Assembly: GCA_048128005.1 (NCBI GenBank)
Contig: JBEUKZ010000126.1
Location: 62,001-126,000 of the forward strand
From: Veleropilina oligotropha
Lineage: Eukaryota
Direction: 5' to 3'
DNA length: 64,000 nucleotides
The notes below the pieces were generated by a model, which worked only from the letters and a program-made list of their open reading frames with translations, was not told where the DNA came from and made no database searches. Position 1 is the first letter of the stretch. Each line of letters starts with the position of its first letter. Shown here piece after piece: positions 41,501-54,408 of this stretch. A program made the translations under genes and the position numbers.

Positions 41501-44500
41501 AAGAAGGAGTTTTTAAAGCCTTTGGTCTTGTCATGTATTTGTTGGTAGCACTTTGTATTGTTGTTCACTGAGTTTTCGACAATGTTTTTGTGAATATAGT
41601 TCGCTTTGGTCGAAGAGGTTGCAGATAGTGAGAACAAGAAGGGATACTAGTCTCCGGTTAGATCGAAGCAGTTTAGACCGATGGGTTTGAGGGTGTGCAG
41701 TTGGAAGATCCAGTACTGTTCTCGTTTATTCCGCAAAGTTAATGCCTCTGGGAGACTGGGGTCGCAGTTTACAATTTCGATTATGTCGAATACCATATTG
41801 CGGAATGAGTGTTCCGGTTTGTTGTAATGGACTCCAGTTGGCTCATCTTTGCCCCCGGTTGACACACTCAACCGGGGCACCCCACCAAGTACCCATGAAA
41901 AGTGTGACAAACCCAACTGCAGCAAATGCATTTGGATTTCCAGATAAACACATATCCAGAGTTCCCACACCAAAAAACGTTTCAAGAAAAAAACGGTCGG
42001 TGACTGCAAATCAAAGAATCTATTTCATCACCTGCGGACTCTGTAAATCACAATATGTCGACCAAACCAAACGAGAATTAAAGATGCGTCTTAGCGAACA
42101 TCTCCGCTATGCCAGACTCAACAAAGATGAGCCGACTGGAGTCCATTACAACAAACCGGAACACTCATTCCGCAATATGGTATTCGACATAATCGAAATT
42201 GTAAACTGCGACCCCAGTCTCCCAGAGGCATTAACTCTGCGGAATAAATGAGAACAGTACTGGTTCGTCCAACTGCACACCCTCAAACCCGTCGGTCTAT
42301 ACTGCTTCGATCTAACCGGAGACTAGTATCCCTTCTTGTTCTTAAAATCTTTCTTTAGTCTTCGGATAGATCAAATGCGATGCCGCGCACTAACTGACAT
42401 TTTATTGTACTGGATTCACTTATGAATCCATGATGTCACACTTACCATTAGTTTGTGATGTCACGTCATACGTCATCATTATGTTCCCGAGAGCAATCAT
42501 ATTGCCTTTTCATTTCTTTTCATTTCCAGTCGAGTTTGTCATGTTCTCCTGTAATATCTGCGACCGGACATACAAATGTCGGAGTTCCTTATATCGACAT
42601 CAACAAATACATAGAAAAAAATCTTTCATTTGTGAATTTTGTCGCTATTCATTCACCCAAAGTGACAGCAGGAAAGACCACCTCCTCACTGCACACTCAA
42701 CCCGAACAGTTCGCGCCAACACAACTGGTACCACCATCCCAGTTGCGAACGCAACGACCCATGTACAACCGGACATCACACCAACGATCGCGACCGGATC
42801 GGACGCACCGGTACATGTTTTAGAATTACCATCTCCGTCCTCCTCACCTAAAGCATCCGCCCTTGAAGCCGACATTTCGACTTCATTTCTGGATCTTTTA
42901 ACTGAGAACAATATTATTATCTGTCCCGAAACTGAGGAACTGCCATCGGATCACGCCCGACATAATTCTATTGAGCCGGACAATTTCGATTTTATAGAAT
43001 CAATCATTTCGGACGCTAAGCGTCGATTCACCGCACCGCTAATGTTACAACCATATGGAAGCATGAGTCCATTTGTCAATGCCACGGACAATTTAAACAC
43101 GTTACCGACAGTATGGCATTGGAGAGGACACACACCATTTGAAGGAACACATCGTTCCCTACAATCTACGACTAAGAACATATGATCCGCTATTGCTGTT
43201 AGCAAATTTATAGCCAAAAATCTGAAATAATATATTTCACATAAATAAACCTAACATACAATTTGAGGTAATGTGTCTCCCTTTATTATAGAAATACATA
43301 CAAAGTTAACATATAACAATTGTATTTTATCGCTATATAGGGAGTGATACTTGCAATACAATTATTGCGTCATTATCACACTGTGTTATATCCCTTGTTT
43401 ATCTTTGATAAAGCCGCTTTTATACAGGAATATAAAATGCACATATCATGGAATTTCCGCAGTAAATACCGGATACATACCGGATACACACCGTATATTC
43501 TGGATCCACCGGATACACTGGATACATACCGGATACACACCGGATACACACCAGATACATACCGGATACACACTAAACACACTGGATACACCACTGGAAG
43601 GGTATAAATAGACCTCCATTATCTAAACTCTCATTTTCCTCTGATGAAGATACATTTAGTATCGAAACCGGTCAGGACAACCCAGGTGCACCCCGGAGTG
43701 CAAATTAGTAGTATCCCGCTCCTTATCAGGTTGCAGATAGTGTTCGATGTTGATGGCCGGTACGTCATTCTTAGTCAATTCGAGAAAGGGTGTGGGATTA
43801 CCAACCACATGACATCTATCGATCCATAAGGATTATTTCGTACTGAGAGCCTTTCGATCTAAATGCAATGTTGCATATTCGTAGCCATGGCTAAATTATT
43901 TATGCCAGGGCCCTTATGTTAATAATAATGGATTGCATGCAAAATGTCTAAAAATGGCACTAACTATTAAACCATTCTTTGCAGAGAATTAAGATCATCC
44001 CGTGGTGGCCCAATGGTTATACGCTTGGGAGCCAGTATCTGTATGAGATCTATGCTGATTGGAGCAGCCAGGATGGCAAAGAGGCGAGCAGTACCGGTGT
44101 AATTAACGTGGGATTCCGAACCGTAGAATTAATCCAGGAACCCGTCTCCAAAATGGCATCTCAAGGTTATAATGTAGTAATAACGAGCTTCTTGCGGTTT
44201 GATGTGGTTTAGATAGATGCTTAATGTCCTGTTTTTAACAACCTTCAGGTTCATACCAGGACATGTCCACATTATCACGGGAGGAAAGCTCGGTCGCCTG
44301 AGAAAAATCACCCTTACCGGCCGGTTATGGACAACAGTGGATGTTAACTGAACAATGAGTGCCCTGTAGAGGATTCGAAGCCACTTCTGTTAGACAGAGC
44401 TATCAAGCAAGTGGTTTCAGAGTCTGTGCTATTATCTACTTCAGGCACGGATCCAGGGGGGGTGCACCCGGCGCGCGCCCCCCACTAAAGTTGGCCAAGC

Positions 44501-47500
44501 ATACTAAAATAATATGTATAATCTGATACAAATGACTTTCAGAACATTATAAATAGGCTGTTGCAATGTAATAATGCAGGAGGGGGGATTTCACATCGTT
44601 AATTGTCAAAATTTTCTTGCGCGTGGGGCGCCGACCCCACGCGGACAATTCGATTATGACAAAATAAAATACAAATTTTACTCGTGCTATTTGAGTGACG
44701 GTGGTTCATAAAAAGTTAGAATGAAATATCGCTTTTGCCCTGTCAGAGTGCAGGAGAGAGGGTTTCAGGCTGTTGATTCTCAAAATTTTCTTTCGCGTGG
44801 GGCCCCGCCCTCACACGAACAGTTGATAGTAAATTCAGCACCCCCCTAAGCGAAATTCCTGGATCCGCGCCTGTACATGGCTACCTGTGTATACCATCTC
44901 TTGCGGTATGGTACATAAGAACGATACTGTTATCAGCTTTTACAACATGCATGTACTAACCAATAAAATGGGCTACTTGATATACACAGTTTCTTTATTA
45001 GTGACATTACATATACCAGCTGACTCCTGTTTCAATCTGAAAATCAGTTTTATACATATTACAGTTATTGCAATAATTTTCTTTCATTTTACACAATGTC
45101 ATGTATTAAAACATGATCTAGTTGTGGGCATTATAAGGTTGCTCTTTGCTTCCATCATAGGAGATTCCTTCTACTTCAAGATCAATGGTGTACCAATGTT
45201 CTTCAAAGGTTCGAACTGGATTCCCGCCGACAGTTTCCAAGAGCGAATAACTTACGATAAACTGGATCGGCTGCTAAAATCGGCACAGGAAGCTAATATA
45301 AATGCACTGCGAGTCTGGGGCGGAGGTGTAAGTAATAATGTTATGTTCTGGATTAGTTCAGTCCTGGTTGAAAACACTTTAAATTTACGAATCATGCAAG
45401 TTCACAAATGGTGGGGGCAGGTGGAATGTAGAATCAGATGTTCTGGTCCTACCTCTCACATTAATATGGACATGTCATACTGTGCTTAATTGTATTGGGC
45501 AATCAGGCTCTGAATTTATAATAATTGCTTTTGCTTCAAAGTACGCTATAATAATATACTAAATTATTTAATACATTTATATTGCGTTTATTCTAAATGT
45601 AGGTCGAATTCTAGATTGGATTGAAACGATGCTTAATCTCCTGCATAATTACAACCTTCAGGTTCAAGGCATGACATGTCCATATTATCACGGGGAAACC
45701 AATTGCATACAACTTCGATTGATAACTGAAAAAAGAATGCCTTAGTCCAAGATTCGAACCCACTCCTGTTATTCGACCCAGAGTCGGCACTCGAGACCAC
45801 ATGACTACCAGAGCAACCAGTTTATGTGGTTTATAGTATTGTTTCTCCTACAGGTCACATGAAATCACATTTATATTATTATTATATTATATTTCTGGTT
45901 TAATATGGGCCTGTTTCACACAAAAATATCAACTTTCCCTGAGAGCATTGCGGTCATTTAACTGTGGATAGAGCCTCGACTTACATAACTGCCATATCAT
46001 GCATCCAGGTACCCATTTAGATCGGCTGGGTGCACATGGCCCAGGAAAATATATCCTTATTTCCTTGCCCAAGTGAAATTGTTCAAACTGGGAATTGAAC
46101 GCAAATTCTGAAATCAGAGGCCCGTGTTCAACCCACTGAGCCACGATGACACGTATATCATATTTGATTTCAGGTATACGAGTCCGAGGACTTCTATAAT
46201 TTAGCCGACAAGTACGGCATCATGATCTGGCAGGACCTCATGTTCGCCTGCTCAATGTACCCGGTCTACGACGAATTCCTGACAAACGTCAAAGAGGAAA
46301 TCACACACCAGGTTAAATTTTAACCTTAGATTATAGCTCATGAACCCCCGGACTAGAGCACCCTTTCCAAAATAGCAGCTACCAGCCACGTCACCTTCAG
46401 TCAGATTCTTCTGTCATAATAGCCAAATCACAACGTAACAATAGCACTACTTAATTAAGGACCTGCGCTGAATGTAAGAAACTTCAGAATTGTTTTGAAT
46501 TAAATGTTCAAAAATTAGTAGCCAATGTTTTTTCAGCGAAGTTGATATTGTACGGCTGTCCTGATTCTAATATGACTGACATTAATGAACTTTTGTTTTG
46601 TTCTCCATATTAACGATCTTGTATGAAATCGCTGCATTTACTTATTTATACTTGCGTAAATGTAATTAATTAATATGTAATAGATAATACACTGCGACCC
46701 GAGCATTATATACACATAACATGCTGAGCGAGAGCATGGCTTTTTATGTGTATATTGCCGAGGGGTGGCAGTTGTATTATCTGTTATATATACACACTGC
46801 AGAAATATATTGTAAATTGCAAATGTCACCCCTTAAATCATGAAATTCCCCAACTTAACATGCCCATGATTGTGATATGAGAGTCGACTCTTTCATACAT
46901 GCATTGGCAAGTCATCATATCCTTTGTCACTCAATTTAGTCTGACCAGCGAGACAAGTTAACCCATTTTTCTCTTGTTAAGAGAAGACGATGGGCGAAAA
47001 ATGAGATTTTGGACATATCTCAAGAACGATTAGAGATAAATAGATGAAATGTGGCACATATATCCAGTATCCCAAGAGCATTATCTGCTGTAAATATGAA
47101 TCATGTATGATATGTATTGATAAAGGTACAATACTTTTTATAACTATTTTTTTAAGGTTTATGGTGACATCATGGGGATAAATTTAGTACCCGTATTAAC
47201 AATTATTTTTTTATTTTTATAGCTGAGAAATGAATATAAAATGATGTGTTGCGCAACCATTGAATATGGATATGATATACAGTTGTTCTGTTGAATAAAA
47301 ATTTTCATTAGACTTTTAATTTTTTCCAAGAAAATACCAAATCTTGGCGACATATTTTCTTCAACAGAACAACTGTATAGCATATACATATTCGCTGGTT
47401 TCGCAACACATCCATTTATATCCACTTTTCAGCTGTAAAAATAAAGAAATAAATGTTAATACAGAAATTGAATTTCTCCCCGTGGTGTCACCATAAATAT

Positions 47501-50500
47501 TTTAGAAAAAAGATTATAACGTTATCAATACCTGTAATACATCATTCATATTTGTGGCAGATAATGGATTGGGCTACTGAATGTGTGTGCCAATTTTCAT
47601 CAACCTATCTTTAATAGTTCTTTAGATATGTCCATAAGTCTATATTCTACCCTCATCTTCCCATAAGCCAACCCGCATACATCAACTTTTGTATCAATTG
47701 GTTCTAATATTGATTTAACTTTTATTACCTAAAAAATAAAAGTTCAATATTTTTTAAATTCGGAGAATAAATGATTTATATAATTTATCCCTTCCTGGCC
47801 TGGACTCCGCCATTACATGTTGTCGTCTGCAGTGGGTAATCTACATAATAATCTTGCGTATTCACGCTCTCGATCAGGCCAGTATGAATTGTTGATGTCG
47901 ATATTATTTTATTGAAATAGAAATAAGGTGAAGTCATCAATAATTTATTGTTCTTTATGTACTATATCCCAGAGTTTACAGAGCCATTTCCTGTAGCTGG
48001 TTTATATGCGATTAGATTATTTGACAGTCAACTTACAACAAAAACTCTTTTGTCATTATAAAGGACCCTTATATTTCAAAATAAACAATTAAGTCTTCAG
48101 AGAGCCGTTGTGCATTGAAAATTCATGTGCAGTCACCCATGTCTGTGTAGTCTATTGTACTATCAATTAGCACCTCAGCTCACATGCGGGCAAATAACAA
48201 TGGACGACATCGCATCTGTGTTTTAGTGATAACTTCACCATTATTTTGTATTACAATAATTGACTTCATATTAGCCTGATCGAGTGCATGAATACGCGAG
48301 ACTATGATGTAGATTACCCACTGCAGATGACAACATGGCGGAGTCCAGGCCAAAAAGGGAAGAATTGTATAAATAGTTTTTTCTTCGAAACGACGAAATA
48401 TTGATATTCATTTTTTAAGTAATAAAAGTTAAAGCAATATTAGATCGAATACAAAAGTTTTTATATTTGGGTTGGTTATCACTTTAAATGGAACAATGGA
48501 GCTATTAAAATTAGGAGGCCTATTGTTCAACTAACCAGCCCCATGGTGTGTATATGTTTAATTATATTAACCTTTTTATGTTTATGTTTTACAATACAGT
48601 GTCCTTATATACTGTAGGTGCGACGACTGAAGCATCATCCTTCCATTGTGATATGGAGTGGAAATAATGAAAATGAGGCTGCTTTAGCCGAGAACTGGTG
48701 AGCTGTGTAATGCGTTTATGATTGGTTGTGCGATATCCCTATGTGCCTCGGTTCAGCCAACCGATCTGAATCGATGAAAATAGCCTTAGCTCTGACAGCA
48801 TGTATTAACTGTGTTGCTCTGAGAGATTGAATCTTGGGTGAAGCATATAATTATAGTCGCGACAACATTTTTGCCTCATGTGGATCCAACTCCAAATTTT
48901 TCTCACAAACTGATGACTGTCTCTACCTGTTTAACTCTGTTCGTAACTGTGAGCTATATAGATTTTAGTAGATACTTAACATCGAATATGGACATCTATA
49001 ATTACATGTAAACTTCTCTACACTATAGTGTATATCAATATCAATATCAATATTTTTATTTAGCCTTTTTTTCCGGTTACAAAACAGTAAAGAAGTATTA
49101 GATGATAGAGTAATATACAAATAAACCGGAAAGTGATATACATACAGAACAAAATAATAAAATATTGGTATACATATGATTTCAAATATCACGATAAGCA
49201 GGCAAGGAGACGCGTCTAAGAAACCTCAAGAGGCTTGTCAGGCGAGGGGCCATCATCTATCTGTATAGTATAGTGATTAAAGTTATGCTACAATATATAC
49301 ATTAAATTCAATTAAATACACATATGATAGAATATCACATTAATAAGGGCACATTGTTATAGAAAATGATGATGAAAATGGAATAAGAGAAAGATAGTTG
49401 TGGTTTAGAGAAAAAGAGTGCATTAACATATATTCAGTTAATGGATGTATGATTCAGCCCAATTGGTAATTAAGAGATAGTTTCGAAGTAATATTCTTTT
49501 ATAAGAGAGTTGGAATATTCGAAGAGAACGAGATTGTTTAAGGTCATCTGGTATGCATGAGACATGATGACACTATACTTTGGCAAATAACGTTGCATTG
49601 GATAGGATCACTGTTTAATGTCCTGTTCTTGTATATTTACAATCTTCAGGATTAAATTAAAGCAAGACATGCCCATATAATCGTGGGAGAAAAGCCCACT
49701 CCCGCCAGTTATGGACAACTGATTGGTTAACTGAACAAAGAATGCCATTTAGAGAAGACACTCAGAACCATATAGCTACCAGAATGGCCACTGACAAATG
49801 GCAACCTCCTTTGTTAAGTAATATTTTTCTAAAAAATGTGGTCATGAATTATATTAATTTAATAATAAACAAAATAAATAAATATTGTTCATATTTTAGT
49901 CACTTAATATTGCATACTATATAATTCTCTTTAAAATAAATGACACTTTAATTTAATTATTTTCAAATATTTAATGCTAATCTTACATCGTCTTCATTAA
50001 ACTAACTGCATGCTGATACCACCTAGTATTAACTTATCCTAGGTATCACATACCAGCAGCTAACATGTCTCAATACAGAAAGGATTACGTGCAGTTGTAT
50101 ATCGATACCATCAAACCGATCGTGGAATCTGAAGATACAAGTCGTCCGTTTATTAGTTCGAGCCCTTCGGATGGACCCCTAACGAAGAAAGAGGGTTGGA
50201 TTGCTAAAGATCCTCAAGACGTACACTATGGGGACAGTAAGTGTTATATAAAAAATAGCCAGATAGTGCAGTAAATGTCATCAGCAACTATCTTAGCAAA
50301 GACATGCTTTTGATGTAATGTTGAGTATTGGAGACTAGTTCTTGGAACCCTGTTCATGCAATAACATTTCATGCAATTATATTTATTTACAAACCCTGTT
50401 CATGCAATTACATTTATTTACAAATTTGACACACACAACAATTGGCAGTTCATTAGAAATGATACCAGTTTGGTGTGGCCATTATTTATAATTTTGACAT

Positions 50501-52163
50501 TGGCATATTCCGAAGTTCATTGAAACCGACAAGCATTTGTTACAATGGTGATGTTTAATGGAAAATCAATCAACACTACCCTGCGCTGATTTTAATTTGA
50601 GACTAGATATGCCAGATTGCCAAGAGGGAGGGAGGAATGATGCTTAATGTCCTGTATACTTACAACATCGAGGTTCAAGGCAGGACATGTCCGTGTTATC
50701 GCGGGAGGAAACTCCCGTCGCCCGGGTAAACCCGCCCTCTTCGGCCAGTCGCGGACAACTGTGATTCGTAACTTGAGCAAATGTCAATGCCTCGGCCAGG
50801 TATTGAACTCACTACTGTTCGCATTAGCGGAATCAAGCCAGTGAATTTAGAGTGGACACTCGACCCACTGCGCTGCCGAAGCAGCCCCCAGATTGACAAG
50901 AATTCCCCTCTAAAAATATTGCCTGGGAATGAATAATATTCTACATGAATCAATCAACACTGGCATTCAAAAATAGAATATTATAGATAAAACTAATTAT
51001 AGATAAAACTAATTATAGATAAAACTAATTATAGATAAAACTAATTATAGATAAAACTAATTATAGATAAAACTAATTATAGATAAAACTAATTATAGAT
51101 AAAACTAATTATAGATAAAACTAATTATAGATAAAACTAATTATAGATAAAACTAATTATAGATAAAACTAATTATAGATAAAACTAATTATAGATAAAA
51201 CTAATTATAGATAAAACTAAATACAACAATAAGATATTTGAACAACACGGTAAGCACCATTTTTTTGTTGTAAAATAGTAATTTGATGTGTATAAATGGA
51301 TTACTTTATCTGAAAACGAAAAGTGTTATTTATACTGGGTTTTCGTCAGGTGCCCAGGGTGAGGCGTGTATATACGATTAGGGGCACAGGATTCAAAGGG
51401 TTAAAGAGTGTTACATATGAGAATGATGGCTATATTTTGTGACAACTCATATACATATATAAGCGATATATTATGGAGTCGAAGTGTGGGGGAATATTTT
51501 TATGAAATAGCCCTCACAATTTTGTTGTGGTTTAAAAATATATATCTCAATTGAGAGACAACCATGCTTATGCATTTTAAAGGAAACTGAACTATTTTTG
51601 TACTTTCTATTTCAGTCCACTACTACAGCTATATTGTTGACCTTTGGGAGGAGAAGAACTTTAAGACGCCTCGCTTTGCCTCCGAGTATGGTGTTCAGTC
51701 TTGGTGCTCGTACGAGTCGCTGCTGGAAGTCTTCAACAAGACCGATCTGGATTACCACTCAAACCTCAGCAACTATCGGCAGCATCATTTGTTTGGTGAG
51801 TTGGAATATCATCTGTCGTATTACATGAAATTATTATGTATGTGATGACACACATTTGGCGATTATTAAATGTCACCTGTGTACAATTTCACTGCCAAAG
51901 TAATACAAATGTACAGAAGTTTCGTTGTATTTGTGAACAACGGATTCACTTTGTGCTGTCAAGTGGTAGCTTTGCTCAGACATTAAATTACGTATATATA
52001 TGAAAGGTGATCTAAGAATCTGATTTGAGAGTGAAATTTCTGTACTATGTTGAATTCTTTTGTAGGCAATGATGAAATGCTATTTCAACTTGGTCAACAT
52101 ATGCCCATCCCAAAGACAAAAGATAAAAACGTCCTATTCAAAGACTTGATATACATGACACAG
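35570..52163 (+). CDS. MANBA: Lysosomal beta-mannosidase (glycoside hydrolase family 2), exons 1-13, 3'-incomplete in this window
   Basis: GT-AG, phase-consistent exons: 35570-35693, 37536-37682, 38264-38424, 39184-39383, 40151-40218, 40975-41144, 43985-44165, 45161-45327, 46174-46311, 48618-48697, 50043-50236, 51616-51795, 52066-52163. An in-frame ATG also lies at 35558. Motifs: signal peptide, [87 protein letters not shown] (acid/base Glu), RFASEYG (nucleophile Glu). Confidence 0.95.
36181..37272 (+). mobile_element. 3' fragment of a CR1-clade LINE, decayed and split by a SINE
   Basis: [65 protein letters not shown]; in-frame stops; ATTTAAAT-type tail. Confidence 0.88.
36604..36865 (-). 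mobile_element. SINE family A inserted in the CR1 fragment
   Basis: 12-bp TSD GATACACTAAGA (36592-36603 / 36866-36877); the LINE frame resumes across it. Confidence 0.9.
42541..43185 (+). CDS. Intronless ORF (214 aa) with two N-terminal C2H2 zinc fingers and a Ser/Thr/Pro- and acid-rich tail
   Basis: [52 protein letters not shown]. Preceded by a polypyrimidine tract and CAG (42527-42529); followed by AATAAA at 43244-43249. The frame is open from 42430. Confidence 0.7.
   Translation: MFSCNICDRTYKCRSSLYRHQQIHRKKSFICEFCRYSFTQSDSRKDHLLTAHSTRTVRANTTGTTIPVANATTHVQPDITPTIATGSDAPVHVLELPSPSSSPKASALEADISTSFLDLLTENNIIICPETEELPSDHARHNSIEPDNFDFIESIISDAKRRFTAPLMLQPYGSMSPFVNATDNLNTLPTVWHWRGHTPFEGTHRSLQSTTKNI
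43466..43595. repeat. Degenerate 11-bp tandem repeat (ACCGGATACAC/T)
   Basis: Visible directly, just upstream of the ribozyme inside the Penelope element. Confidence 0.85.
43634..43680 (+). ncRNA. Type I minimal hammerhead ribozyme
   Basis: TTTTCCT-CTGATGAA-GATAC-attta-GTATC-GAAAC-CG-GTC-AGGACAA. Conserved core, stem I TCCT/AGGA, stem II GATAC/GTATC, palindromic stem III ACCGGT; predicted cleavage after C43673. Confidence 0.82.
44442..44873. mobile_element. Non-autonomous DNA transposon (hAT-like MITE)
   Basis: TIRs CAGGCACGGATCCAGG ... CCTGGATCCGCGCCTG. Interior shared with 14024-14222 and with repeats at 700-2150. Confidence 0.75.
45925..46144 (-). mobile_element. tRNA-derived SINE, family C (CORE/Deu-like body)
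   Basis: TGGCTCAGTGGG (A box), GTTCAATTCC (B box), CTTGGGCAAGG, TAAATGGGTACCTG. Confidence 0.6.
46980..48486. mobile_element. Two adjacent long-TIR non-autonomous DNA elements (about 46980-47663 and 47664-48486)
   Basis: Inverted arm pairs at about 46990-47180 / 47480-47660 and 47690-47880 / 48274-48480. The right end finishes at a TTAA site (Kolobok-like). Confidence 0.55.
50626..50887 (-). mobile_element. SINE family A, full length
   Basis: Near-identical to 17165-17426; TSD CCAGATTG(C/A)CAAGA. Confidence 0.9.
50980..51220. repeat. Minisatellite, 16-bp unit ATTATAGATAAAACTA, about 15 copies
   Basis: Perfect tandem array. Confidence 0.95.
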
Positions 52164-52373
52164 GTAGGGTTTTCTGATATTATAGGCGGTTTCAAAACAT
52201 TATTCTTGTTTGAGGGATTACAGGTTTTTCTGCTACATTTACAAGAACATAATACAGAAATAAGGACCATGGGAGTCAACAGGAAATTAACATATAACAG
52301 TCGAAACCCATATTTTAATGTCTTTTCTTATAAGAAGTTTGTGTGTTACTTAACGTTATTTGATCATGTGATG

Positions 52374-52630
52374 GAAAGGAAAGGATCGATGCTTAATGTC
52401 CTGTATATTTCTAACCATCATTTGGTTCAAAGCAGGACATGTCCGTATTATCGCTGGAGGAAAGCCCAGTCGCAGGGGTAAACCCGCCCAGTTACGGACA
52501 ACTGATTCATAATTTGAACAAATGTGTGCTGTCCCTGCCGAGGTTTGAACCCACTACTGTTCGCATCAGTGGAATCAAGTCATTGATTTTCGGAGTCCAC
52601 AACGGATACCACTGTACTGTCGAAGCGGCC
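52374..52630 (-). mobile_element. SINE family A (subfamily variant)
   Basis: Same body; TSD TGATCATGTGATG. Confidence 0.85.
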
Positions 52631-53191
52631 TGATCATGTGATGAGATGGGTTTCACTGAATAATACAGTCCTACCTTGCATGATAATGTGAACATGTCTC
52701 AAGATGATTTATGACGTCCAATTAAGTTATAATAGGTATGATCATTGGCGATTCATTTAGTATGCATATGGACATGTGAGTAACACCTGTAAAAAGTATG
52801 CTACCAATTCAGAAACATTGGACAAATCAGTAAATATTTTGACATGGCAGCCATCAAATGCATTGTACATGCCTTTGTAACAGTTTATTGTATAGCATCC
52901 AGCAACATCATCGTGGCAAGTTACGTACAGTGTGTGCAAAACATGGCTGCCAGGTTTTTCGCCCATATATGCTCGCATGCATGAGCTCATGATGCCAGTT
53001 CAGAAAAAACTACACTGGCTCCCAATGAGACAAATAATTATAATAAAAATTCTCTAGCTTGTCCACAAAACACTCTATGGGTTATCTTAAATATACAAGA
53101 AATCACAGCTGGACACCAATCTGGAAGTTAACTGAGATTTGCAGACTAGAAACAACTGTCAGTGCCACCAGCTTGAACTATAACATTTGAA

Positions 53192-53457
53192 GGAGGGAAG
53201 GAGGAATGATGCTTAATGTTCTGTATATTTACAACATCGAGGTTCAAGGCAGGACATGTCCGTGTTATCGCGGGAAGAAACCCCGGTCGCCTGGGTAAAC
53301 CCACCCTAGTCGGCCAGTCGCGGACAACTGTGATTAATAACTTGAACAAATGTCAATGCCTCAGCCAGGTATTGAACCCACCACTGTTCCCATTAGCGGA
53401 ATCAAGCCAGTGAATTTAGAGTGGACACTCTTATCCGGTGCGCTGCCGAAGCCGCCT
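53192..53457 (-). mobile_element. SINE family A, full length; another copy follows at about 53512-53717
   Basis: TSD CTATAA(C/T)ATTTGAA; the following copy has TSD TTCTGTGGAATG. Confidence 0.88.
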
Positions 53458-54408
53458 CTATAATATTTGAAGACAGAACTTTCAATAGAGCAGGCGTTGT
53501 TCTGTGGAATGAAGGGAAATGCTTAATGTCTTGTATATTTCCAACCATCATTTGGCCTGGGGAAACCTGCCCTCTCCGACCATTAACGGACAACTGCTAT
53601 TCATAACTTGAACAAATGTGTGATGTCCCTGCCAAGATTTGAACCCACTACTGTTCGTGATCAAGACAGTGATTTTTCGGAGTCCACAACCGAAACCACA
53701 CAGCTGTCGAAGCGGCCTTCTGTGGAATGGGTTACCGGTACCAGCGGACATAAAGCGATGCTGTAATATTAACAGCGCGCTTCATCATTATAACCATGTG
53801 ACCGTCTTCCAAAGAGCATGCGATGGAGATCTCTTAAGAGGAAATTTATGGATAAGAAGGGTTACTTGTATACAAATTTGTAATTCACTATTATTATTTA
53901 TTATATGACTAGAGTTGTTAAATGAGACAATAAGGATAAAAAACAACAAAACGCACACACAGTTTCCAATGATAAATTTTGACGGCAAATACAGAAATAT
54001 GTTCACAGATACTTGGAAAATAATATGCAAAATCCGGTTGAATCAATGCAGATGGGTGCGTAATATGACGTCAAGGCAATTTATATGTATAAATGAAATT
54101 CTTTTAACAGTTAAAACTCTGAATATCCTCTACTCTCGACAATAGGATCATTTCTGTCCACCATAATATGTGAATCCAGACAACAAAGATTGTGACAAGC
54201 AAGCGAAAAAAAAACTACAGCTGCATCCACTTTTCTGGGAAGTTACGATTGACAGAGTTTTCATCGTATTTAACACCTTCCTGCTATATTATGTAGTCGG
54301 AACCGTGATTTTATGTTTCCATTCCGTTAAAAGGCATGGATGCAATATATCGTCGTATCTCCAGTCACCGGTTTGAATGATTGGATCGATTCTTAATGTC
54401 CTATATAA

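Larger units (their letters stand above)
41631..43727 (+). mobile_element. 5'-truncated/inverted Penelope-like element (Neptune type) carrying a zinc-finger ORF and a hammerhead ribozyme
   Basis: 15-bp TSD AGGTTGCAGATAGTG (41616-41630 / 43728-43742). 41631-41851 is an inverted copy of 42122-42342. Decayed frame [10 protein letters not shown] ... [28 protein letters not shown] ... EQYW..QLHTLKP.GL is a Cys-rich linker plus GIY-YIG endonuclease. Confidence 0.88.

Noticed and set aside
41258..41615. Possible solo LTR hosting the Neptune insertion (continuing at 43743-43860)
   Set aside because: No clear TG...CA ends, TSD or second copy visible.
42249..42251. In-frame TGA in the GIY-YIG frame as possible selenocysteine or readthrough
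   Set aside because: The inverted copy has CGA (Arg) at this position, so it is a CpG decay mutation; the frame has other lesions too.
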